Assembly: GCA_021613535.1 (NCBI GenBank)
Contig: CP075493.1
Location: 9,424,001 to 9,488,000, forward strand
Length of the DNA stretch: 64,000 nucleotides
Source of the DNA: Adineta vaga
Lineage: Eukaryota; Animalia; Rotifera
Direction of reading: 5' to 3'
Shown: positions 53,427 to 64,000 of the stretch, piece by piece
How positions within the stretch are numbered: position 1 is the first letter of the stretch
Layout of the letters: each line of letters opens with the position of its first letter
Translations under genes and position numbers: made by a program
Notes under the pieces: generated by a model
Databases searched by the model: none
Told to the model about the DNA's origin: nothing
Seen by the model: the letters and a program-made list of their open reading frames with translations, nothing else

Positions 53427-54663
53427 ATGTTGTTTTTCTTAGTGCTATATTCTCTTTTCAACGTTATATTCATACAAGCTATACCATCTGTTTCATTTTT
53501 CTATCCGAAAAATTTAACTGTATCAACTTGTACGAATACCTATTCGTGGACGAAATGGTTCAATTCAGCAAAACCAAAACATGAAAAAGATTTTGATCAA
53601 GAATTCCTTTCGATTATTCAAACAGAATTTGGTCGTAATATTTGTATAAATCCACAAGGGATGCAAGCACGAACGGTAACTGCATTACAAATGGATGTTA
53701 ACTATGAAGTTGCATGGAAAACTACCAATGGACTCATTTCTGCATTTGTTTCTCGAAGTGCTGGTGTTGATTTTGAAGTACGATTCTGTTGTGCTAATAC
53801 AGATTTTATTACAACAACAGCTAGACCTCCAAGACCTATTGATAATAAAACATGTGGTCGATCGAAAACTAAACCATCAATTCAATTTACACGTATTTTC
53901 GGTGGATCACGTGCTGTACCACATTCATGGCCATGGGTAAGTGATGAGAATATGAAAATGAATTTTTATTTCTTTTCTTAATTAGCAAGTTCTATACCAA
54001 GAAGTAAAACCATGTGAAATGAATAAATTTTGTATCGATACTTGTGGTGGTACTCTAATTGATTCGTCTCATGTGCTTACAGCAGCACATTGTATTCAAG
54101 GAAAAGATTTGACAAAAATTTCTATCACTGCTGGTATGCATAATCGACAAAATGATGAATCAAATAGCAGACAAGTAAGAAATGTTGATTGGATCTTTCT
54201 ACATCCTGATTGGAATAGTGAAACATTAGAAAATGATTTAGCTATTCTTCGATTAAGTAAACCTGTTCAATTCAATGATTATGTTCAAGCAGCATGTTTA
54301 CCTGGTCCTGATCCTCAATCGAATTCCAATGTTATTTTAATTGGCTGGGGTGCAGAACAAATAAAAGGTAAATCTTATGATGAACTAAAACAAGCACAAG
54401 TCAAAGTTATTGATGATTGTCAGAATTATTGGAATCTCTTCGATGAAGATACACAAATCTGTGTTCGTCATATGCTATCAGGTGATTCAGCATGTGATGG
54501 TGATAGTGGTGGTCCTTTATTACAAGAACATAATGGTCAATGGGTTGTTCAAGGTGTAGCAAGTTTTATTGATGATGTTTGTAAAACTAATGGAAACTTT
54601 TTACCTAATGTTTATGTTAAAGTTTCTACTTATTTACCTTGGATTTACAAAAATATCAAATAA
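53427..54663 (+). CDS. Secreted S1A serine protease with an N-terminal WxxW (mucin/CILP-type) domain
   Basis: Signal peptide; WTKWFN..C..DFEVRFCC; activation site R-IFGG; LTAAHC, NDLAIL and GDSGGP triad; one intron near 53937-53985. Confidence 0.93.
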
Positions 54664-54847
54664 ATCATGTGTAAGAACGAGTATCGAAAAAAGAAAATAA
54701 ACATGTAATTGACGATGAAACAATCTCTCTAATACTTGATTTTTTATTTATTTACAATCCGATAAACAACAAATAAATGGAAAAAACTAATATTTATACT
54801 TCTTCATTGTCCGATTGAATCTATCAGAACAATGGAATAATAATATT

Positions 54848-55928
54848 TTATTCTTGTGTATCTGAAAAGAACGAAAAATGCTATTTCGATTTGAATAATT
54901 TTTTTAAAATAAAAACTGTACCTTTTTTTGCAATTGAATGAATTTTACTCGTTCTTCGTGCTGGAAGACGAAATGATGGTGTGCGATTTTCTTTGTTCAA
55001 TGAAGATGTCTGATGAAACAAACAAAAAAATCAATGTTTGAATCGATGCAAAATCAAGCATTACTTTCGCTGTTGTGAAAGCAATTGATTCATTCGATGG
55101 TGATAATGGTGTTAATTCTTGATGATTCAGAAATTTCTCAAAACGTAATCGCCATGGACTTTTCGATTTTCCATCCGTATTCGTTGGTGTCATATGATTA
55201 CTCTAGAAGAAAAAAATAACTTAAAAAATGCGAAGATTTTAGAATAGAAACTAACCATCATTGATGAAGACATATCGACTTGTTTCGGTCGTGTTGGTGT
55301 ACGATGTTTTTCAAAATTTTTACATGTAGTCGGCATTGTAACCGTTCCTGATGGTAAAGCACATTTAATACCAGAAAATTTCTCTGCATTACGTAATGAC
55401 CGACGTTGAGTTGGAACATGTGATAGGTCTAAATTCGATTGTGTTAGTTGATCATGATGAGAATTCGATGTTTTAACAAATGACATGGAAAGATCTTGAC
55501 GATTCGTAATATGTAATGATGATGTTCGACGAACAGTAGCATTGATATGAGAAGCTTTATCTGGTGTTAATAAGCGTTCTGATCGTTTTACTATAGTTGA
55601 TAAGTTACTAAACAAAGAGAAACATTTCATGTCGACACAAAACAAATATAATTTTTATCATTTTATTTACTTGACAATCATGTGAAGATCATCTTGATTA
55701 GGAATTGAAGATAATGAAAGTTTTACTTCTGTTTTGTTCGTTGTAGAATTGACAATTGATCTATATTCAATTAAGAAAACATATCAGGTTAACGAAAAGT
55801 TCAATTGAAGAAAAATCAAAGTACTGTTTTGATGGTAAACGAGGTGGTAATTTAGGTAAAGTTGGTAGTGGTGGTTTAACTGCTGAAACACCATTATTCT
55901 TCGAAGATACTGGCCGTGTAAAACTCAT
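54848..55928 (-). CDS. Hypothetical S/T/P/basic, probably disordered protein, multi-exon
   Basis: In-frame joining of exons MSFTRPVSSK..PPLPTLPKLPPRLP, ..VRRTSSLH.., KSPWRLRFEKFL.., ..LNKENRTP across GT-AG introns. Confidence 0.65.
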
Positions 55929-58900
55929 GCTTAGCGAGAAAACAATATGATAATATTTATTCGCTTCGTTTCTTTCTTCTTCTTTTTTTATCTCTCGTTC
56001 GTTCGAGTTCAAAGATCTGAATAATAATAGTAATAACAGCGGTCTTTGTTCATAGAAGACGGATTAAATTCTGTAGAATCAAAAACTAATCGTGTTTCTT
56101 TTGATTATCATAATTCATTTCGGTAAAATAAAACGATAAAATTTATTCAAAAATGATTCCTATATTCTTTAGACAAATATTTGAATAGAGAGGGCGCTAT
56201 GAATCAATCAATATATTGATATTAAATTGATGTTGAAATCAGTTTCTCAAATAATTCTTTAAAGATTGAACCGTTTACATCGTAATATTTGTTGTCAGCA
56301 TTATTTTTATCTTGAGTTACGGAAATATTGAATTACTCTGTGTGTTTTGAAAGTAACAAAAGAAAAAGAATGTCGTGATTCTGAAAGAGAAAACTCACAA
56401 CAGCTTAACTTCTTAATGGAAGCTATATATCTTTTCATCTTTTTGTCAGAGATTAATCTTCTTTAAAATCTACTCTTGTTTACATAGGTGCTTTTATTTC
56501 TCCATGATAATGATTAGCAAGAAACGAATAGAGATGACAAATATGTATATATATGCATTCGTAATTGAAAGAACTTATAGAGATTTATTAATCTTGTTTT
56601 GCTTATCTATTATCCATAATTAAATTGTATTTTTTAAGCTGTTGTATTATTCCAACGACAGAATATAATATGGTTTGTACCTAGTTTAGGCACGTATTTA
56701 CAAAATTCTATTAAATATAATATAATCTAATTATCTCGAAGTAGTTTTTTTTTGCCTTTATTCACATCATAACATTATAAATATATATATATATATACAT
56801 TTTCTAATGTGTCGTTTATTCTCTGTCAAATAACCATAACCGTCTTTTTTTCCTACTTACATCTTATCAACTATAAGAAAAATGAAGAATAACTAATCAA
56901 TATGATACTCTTAATTATTAATCTATAGAATGAAATTTTTGTATTCATGAAAAAAAAACAATTTCTTCGTTTGATAAGATAGAAAATTTGAAATGTTCAA
57001 GTATATTTGAAATATTGTCAAAGGATCATTTGTTTTTTTTTCATATATCTGATTGTTATGCATTGAAACGAGAAGTCATTCGTGAATAAACAGATCAGAG
57101 AAAAAGAAACAAGTCCATTAACTCGACATCCTTGAATCATCTATAATTTGCAATTAGATACAGTTTCAAACCCATTGCTTGCTATAATTATGAAAACGAT
57201 TAGCTGTATTTAATCTCGAGAAGATCTATATTGATAAAAGTTCTGACTAGAATTTCGTAATTATGTTTATTGATCATAGACACAACGATATCGGATATGA
57301 TTTCACATTTTTTTTCTTCTTCTTTTGGCCAAGTGAATTCACTTTATTAGAATAACAAGCAATTGGTTAATCAATTAGAATAGAAATAGATTTCTTTTTT
57401 GAGTTTGTAATTTTATTACATTGAATCTAGCCGTTTGCTTTTCCCGTCGAGTTTTTCTGTCAAAGAAAGAATATTTTAATCAAAAAGTTACTTTTCTCTT
57501 CTCGTTTTTTTTATATAATAACACGAACGCAGTTCATTTCCTTTTTTGTATTTGACAGTTTCATTCAACATGCAAAGTTTTTTTTCTTTCTCATAAAGAG
57601 ATGAGGTCTTTTTTCTTCTTCTTCTTATCATTAGAAATTTCTTAATCTTCAATTAAGCATAGATGACTAGTAGGCCCTTTTTTTCTCTTTTTCCTAAACT
57701 ATAGATTTGTATTATTAGATCGGTCGTATAAATAGAAAGCAAGGTTATCGTGATAATCAATCAAGAAAGTAATCTTCAGGGATGTTCTTGCTATCTTTTT
57801 ACTCTTTCTTTTCTCTTCTATTTCCTTGGTGAATCTGATGTGTAATTTCAGAAAAAAAAACAGACAATTGTATCGTCATGAAAAAGAAAAACGAGAAGAA
57901 ACATCGAACATATTTCGTCGAGTTGTCGTTCAGATCAATTCGATTAAAGCGTTTTTTTTTTCATTTCCGTGGTAGTTTTCTTGCATTTATCGGCAATATT
58001 CACACATTTTAGTCTGATACGAACACTAGCAGTATTCAATTGAATTACAGCCGCAATACACATAAACAGTGTCATCATCATCGTTTTCTTCGAGAATAAA
58101 GCGACTAAGACATCCAGACTATTTTTTCATCCGTCCGCTTGAAAACATGTCTCGGCGTAACGGAAAGAAGAAGAAAAAACTCGAGATAGAAGAAGAAAAA
58201 AACTGAGCGCACATCTCATTTATCTTATGTTTGCTTCCTTGTTCGTCTATAGTCAGTCCAACAATGCTTGTCTGTTTTTAAAATCTATTAACAGATTTGC
58301 AAATGTAATAGAAGAAGTTCTGGGAGTTGAATAGAACAGAAAGAAAATCAGACACAATAACGAAAGAAAAATGCGGATAATTATGATGATGATGATGGTG
58401 ATGATGATGGAAAATAGAATGAGAACGAAGAAGATAACTCTTTTTTCTCTCTCTCTCTCTTGTGTTTTTGCTAGAAAAAGAATGATAACCTTGGAATTCA
58501 TACTCGTCCAGCTAGTTCAGCGAAAGCGAACGGGTTGCTCATGTCATATTTTTTTTTCTTTCTTTTTCCATGCGATTCCCCCAGTTTTTTTTATTATAGT
58601 GAAAAACGCACGGAAAGACATGGAACGAACGAGAGGCAAAACGAGAAAAAATGCGAGTTGTGTGAGATAGACAGACAGGCAGACTCATGCGAGCAAATGT
58701 CTTATTAAACAGAGTGAGCTAGCAGCAGAAACATACAAAAAAACAGACAAGCGTAGACGAATAGACGAGAAAAAGAAAAAGAAAAAGAAAAAAAATAGAG
58801 ACGGAACACAACAATTGTGTATGTTTCACCAGTTTTATTCACACATACACCTATTGTAAGTATCACATAAATGTTGACGAGAGTATTAGTATCTATAGTA

Positions 58901-59514
58901 ACAATAATAAATATAACTAATTTTTATTTTCAAAAGAAAATTATCCAAGAAATTTTCAAATTATTTTTTGAGCAAATAAGATTTTTATTTATGAGTTAAA
59001 TATTATTAATTTATTTATTGGAGAAAAACAGGTTTGGCTTCGATGAATTCGATTATTTAAAAAATTATTATTGCTCTATATATAGAAGAAACGAGACATG
59101 AAAGAAAAAATGCTTAAAATTATATCGCTAATCATGATTTTAGTTTCTCATCCATTTTTGTCAGACATCATTGATAAGCTTAGTCGTATTTGAGATTTTT
59201 CATAAGAATAGATCTTTATAAGAATTATTCATCATAAATGTGAAAAAGTTATCATTAATGAACAAATAAAGAGACAAATGAATCTATAATAACGAACTAA
59301 TTTTTTTTAACGTCACCCATTGCGCATCTACGCATGTCAATTACTGGTGACTTTTTATATACTATGGGTTATAATGACGAGTACCATTGTAAAGAGAAAT
59401 CATTACGAGTGCGCGCGCGTGTATGTGTGTATGTATGTATCTATGAATGAATACTTTAGTCTTGTGCGTTGTTCCTAGTTGTATTTCTTGTTCTTTAGAG
59501 ACATTGCTATCGGT

Positions 59515-59541
59515 CTGTGTGTGTGTGTGTCTCTCTCTCTC
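59515..59541 (+). repeat. (TG)n(TC)n microsatellite upstream of the globin gene
   Basis: tgtgtgtgtgtgtgtctctctctctc. Confidence 0.85.
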
Positions 59542-60069
59542 CGCATCGCTCTAATCAAATCTTTTTCTTAGTCTCTATCTCTTCTTTTTTTTTGCTGTGG
59601 TGCATCACCACTATTATAGAAGGATGACAATAAACAACAGCAAAACTGATTTGTCACCACTAACACTGGTTCCGTCGTTTAATCATCATTGCTTTGTCTC
59701 ATTCGGATCCACCGTTCCTTCAATCATCAATTTTACTTCATCTGCTATCTTCTCATCATTGTCGATGCTCCGACCGGACACTTATTCTTATTGCTTCTGC
59801 TAATCCTTATTTTGATATTCACGATTATTCTAAAGTTCTTAATCTCTTCTTCTTTAAAACAACAATATTATTCATTTACGAACAGACTTTTTATTAAACT
59901 GTGACAAAATATAAAACTTTTATGTAATTATTGATGACTATTTATTCAGCAATGTTTTTACTTCCTGATGATCTTCTTCTCCTTAATTCTTATTCAACAA
60001 TACGTTTGTGAACTTGTTAAAACGATCCTATCCAAATAGAAGAAACCTATCATCTAAGTATAACATATT

Positions 60070-61499
60070 ATGGGTTGTAGTCAAGCGAAGATCGAACCTG
60101 AAGCACTAACACCTGACGATGCAAGAATTATTCGAGAAACCTGGAAAATGGTTGGTAGAGAAGCCTATGGTGAATATGGTCAACGACTCATGCTCAGGTG
60201 AGCTAAACTTTGACATATCTATGGTTTATTATATGTATGAGAATCATTAAAATGTCATTGACTAATCTCGCATTTGTGCTTCAAAGTCATATATCATTTT
60301 TCTGATGCATGTCTCTACAGTAGAGAATAGAAATGAAAAATAGATCAATGATTAGTTTTTATATATTCTAATCTGCAAGACATAAAAGAGAAAGAAAATA
60401 TGCTTAGATCTATTTTATATTTCCTATAATTGACTATAAAAATTTATCTATTGATTCTTTTTTTTCTTCATTCCATTCTTTGAAAACTGAGTTATTATCA
60501 GAACCAATACTCAGCCTACTTCTATTTATTTGCATTACACTTGTGCATATTGAACATGGAAAACACTTGTCAAGTCGATTGTTTTCTCTACATCATCATC
60601 ATCGTTGTCATCATCAGTAGCAGCAGCGATACTTGCTTTGTTGTTTATACGTATATTACAAGTAAATGTCTATCATGTGCAACAGCTGGGAACTAATATC
60701 ATGCAGATTAATTCACACTTCGCGCGCTATCGAGCATGCGTGGTTATGTCTCATTCTCTGAAGCTTAGTTGGCTTGATAATACTAGTGAAAGAACAAAGA
60801 CGTAGCTGAAGAAGAAGAAGAAGAAGAAGAAAAAGAAAACTACTCCATAAACACAGCCGAAAACGATCACATTCGGAGTTCTAATTGATTTGCATTACGC
60901 GCATATCAAATAGATTATCTCTCGAGAAAAAAAAAGAAACAAAAGGTTAATCGTTTGATACCTGGAATGAGAAGAAAGAATATCGTTTAATTGATTTTCT
61001 TATTTATTTATTTTTGTTCAATAGGATTTTTCAAAAATGTCCAGATATAAAAGCCCTTTGGCAAAATCCCCGTATTATGAATAATAACGCAACGACAACC
61101 GCCGATGAAGGCGATGCTCCCAATACAGCTAATCGCTGGAAAATGGATTTAAGAAATCATGGTTCAAAATTTTTCAATTCCTTAGATGATCTAATCAGTG
61201 TTGTGGATAAACCCGAAGAACTCTTTAAAATGCTACATGATATTGGCATTCATCATAAAGGCTATGAAGTTAAGTCTGAACATATCCAAGTAAGTGTTTA
61301 TAAGCTAGAGTTTTGTTTTTTCGTCGATACATTCATTTTAATCTTTTATTTCATTTAGGCCATTGTTGATGGACTTAATCATACAATGGAATTCGGTTTA
61401 CGCGACAAATGGACGGATAATCGACAAAAATCCTTTCAACGTTTAATTAATATTATTGTATCTCGAACCAATCGAGCATTATCTGGTAACGAAAAATGA
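60070..61499 (+). CDS. Globin with predicted N-terminal acylation (globin X-like feature)
   Basis: MGCSQAK..LTPDDARIIRETWK (A helix), MLR|IFQKCP, LRNHGSKF (E7 His), IGIHHKGY (F8 His), W in the H helix; introns 60198-61024 (phase 2, B12.2) and 61290-61358 (phase 0, G7.0). Confidence 0.93.
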
Positions 61500-62858
61500 C
61501 GTTCTTTTTTTCCAGCAACTCGACATACTGCTGATCTTTCCGTCCGCTTGTTAATCCTTTCTTAAGTATGAAAATCTCTCGAGCGCATCCGAAATATCAA
61601 CGATTATCGCGTCCGGTGATGATAAAAGACAATAATATCGCAACTCCATGCTTCAAAGATTTCATCAAATGTCAATTGATGAATTTCATTTTATTCTCTC
61701 CTTTCTTCATCTTCATCTTCATCTTCTATTCTCGTTCTTTCTGTGCATCATCTTCACAATTTTTCGATCTCTTTTTTTTGTGTGTCTCTCTCTCTTTCTT
61801 TTTTTTTCTTTTGCTTTGTCATTTATGTCGTCATTGTCATTTTGAGTGCCTTTTGTATTCCTAAAAATTGTTTTTTGGCTTCTTTGTGTTTTATTTTCAA
61901 ACAAAAAAAAAGAATTTTATTAGACAAAGCTTTCTGCTCATCTATAGAAAGTTCGACATGACATCGAAATGTCTTATTACCAATTTAGTTTTTCTTCAAT
62001 CAATTGAAAATCAATTTCATGCTACATCTTCATATTAGTCTTACTATTATCATCCTTACTGACAAAGTATAATTATACTTCAATGAAATTGATACTATGT
62101 ATAAAATGAAAAGGATGTTTTTATCTAGAACAAATTCCGGACATTTGAATTTCAACTGTCGTGATCATATGAGAAAAAAAAATTTCATTTCCGGATAATT
62201 ATCTATTCATTTAAAGTAACACATTTTTTTATCATGGATGCTGAGAATGGTGTTAAAGTACTCAGGATACTAAGAAATTTGTTGTCTTTCCTCGAAATAA
62301 AAAAAACAACAACTATATTTGTCATTTAATTTACCTTTAAGGTCAATATATGTGATAATCTTTCTAATTGAATTACCATTTTTGAGATAATTATGTCAAC
62401 AATCTTTATTTTATAAATCGATTTGGTCGATGTTTGAAAATTATTATGAATACAAAATTTAACGACGTTAATCTCATGTAACCTATTTTATATACTTTAC
62501 TGATTGCTTAACTCATATGATATGCGTCATTACTTGATCCATTCTCTTGTATTAAATAAAACTAATTGATAAGAAAACTCTTTTGTCCTGTTGCTGTCAG
62601 TATTTTTATAATTCTATATCACTTATTGATCATGTAAAGAACTATTTATACAACATTAGACTTGAAATAGCACAGAAAACTTAAGAATTTCTAATCTAAC
62701 AGATTTTTTTATTTTGTTTATATACCGTAAAAGAACATGTGAAATTATTATCAAAACAAATATAGAATACTTTTCTATGCTCAAAATCATTTCAAATGTG
62801 AAGTTTATGCATGTTGATGAAAAATAAGTACAACATGTTCACACACTCATGTAGATAT

Positions 62859-63622
62859 TCAATGAGAAATAATAGTTGCAGAAGCTGATATTGATTGACC
62901 ACTATAGAAAACATAGAATTCTATGATATATTTGGTATTACTTTTGATATTTAAGATTTGTGTGAGATATTCTTGAGAACCAACACCAGGATCTTGTGAT
63001 TCATAAGAATATGCACCAGAATTGAAAGTATGAGCAACTACTTTTCCATCTACAATCCATGGGTATCGTGGATCGCAAACTTTCCATTCTGAGCCAAGAT
63101 TTCCTGTTTCAAAACCACCATCATAAATCATTTCTTGATTATTGCCACCACATTCTTTCATAGATACATCATCGAGATACCATGAACCCCAAACTGTATT
63201 GAATTCAAATAGTAGCATGGCATTAGTAACACTAGTTGGTGAAGTATATTCGATGCTATATTTGTTAAACGTTGTCATAGTAACTTTATCATTGATTGAC
63301 CATAGAGTTGCAGTGGACGACGGTGATGTCAGACTGGTGGACAACTTTCTACTAAAGGAATTGTTTTACTCGTTGTAATTACTGGAAATGATGAAGTTCT
63401 AGTTCGAGCAGTTGAATCTCCAGATATAGTTTCTATTGTAGATTGTGAAATACATAATGATGACTTATCTTTTTTGGTAAAATATCCAATAGTGAATCCT
63501 ATACCAAGAGAAATAAGTGTCAAAACAATTATCAATACAATATGTTTTATTCGAGGGTTGGAACAATATTTGCTACATTGATTTTCTTCAGTATTATTAT
63601 AGTAAAAATTTCGTCGAGCCAT
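62859..63622 (-). CDS. Type II membrane protein with an S/T stalk and a carbohydrate-binding-module-like (CBM4/9-like) domain; apparent 1-nt frameshift near 63338
   Basis: TM segment IVLIIVLTLISLGIGFTIGYF; T-rich stalk; WYLDDVSM..MIYDGGFETGNL..W..YLTQ..YIIEFY; the two ORFs join as ESCPTSLTS if one base is restored. Confidence 0.65.
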
Positions 63623-64000
63623 CTGGAAAATCGATTTCTACTAATTCATATAATTTACTAAATATATAGATATGTCTTACACCTAAAAATAATACGACAG
63701 TAATATAATTGAACTTGTAGTCTGAACACAGGATTGCCTGTTTTCATTTGATTATACTACCTATTTTTATATCTATTAACATGATGATAATGAAGTTCTT
63801 TTTCCGCCACTGACTCTCTTATCTCCATACGTTTGCGGCGAAAGTCATGTTCGGAATGATAGGTGATATCATCGAAAGTCAGGTTTTTTCGAGATATGAA
63901 TTCGTTAATATATTTCATTGTAAAAAAAATATCCGCGTTCTTTTTTCTTGAATTTTTGTCAAATACAAGTAGATGTTCTTTAATACCAATTTAGAATATA

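Noticed and set aside
56000-60060. Short ORFs or an RNA gene upstream of the globin
   Set aside because: Microsatellite and low-complexity sequence; no tRNA, snRNA or rRNA signature recognised

Overview
Eukaryotic, very AT-rich, gene-dense window with many short (~50-70 nt) GT-AG introns. The intron size, composition and mix of metazoan with microbial/fungal-looking genes suggest a bdelloid rotifer (inference, not proven). The supplied ORF track fragments most genes, so I rebuilt the models by hand. In order: a His-rich gene end, SPATA1-like, a small secreted CX3C peptide, an ASCH-domain gene, RPS3, a RING-H2 protein, two tandem P-type ATPases, an unknown gene, syntaxin-7/12-like, DLAT, ISCU, REV7/MAD2L2, TOLLIP, a HIG1-domain gene, a GLUT-like transporter, a probable membrane protein, ENL/AF9, a DCX+IQ protein, two alpha-arrestins, a WxxW-protease, an unknown gene, an N-acylated globin and a CBM-like membrane protein. 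Best leads: (1) both P2C-scaffold ATPases keep intact catalytic motifs but lack the M4 PEGL glutamate (PMGL/PVGL) and the M5 glutamate, leaving a proton-pump-like site with one M6 Asp; (2) two 83-nt mutually exclusive exons encode alternative halves of the syntaxin SNARE motif; (3) a GLUT-family transporter has a rewired substrate site; (4) the ATPase paralogues show patchwork gene conversion. Three single-base frameshifts may be assembly errors. No rRNA, tRNA, CRISPR array or intact transposon was recognised.
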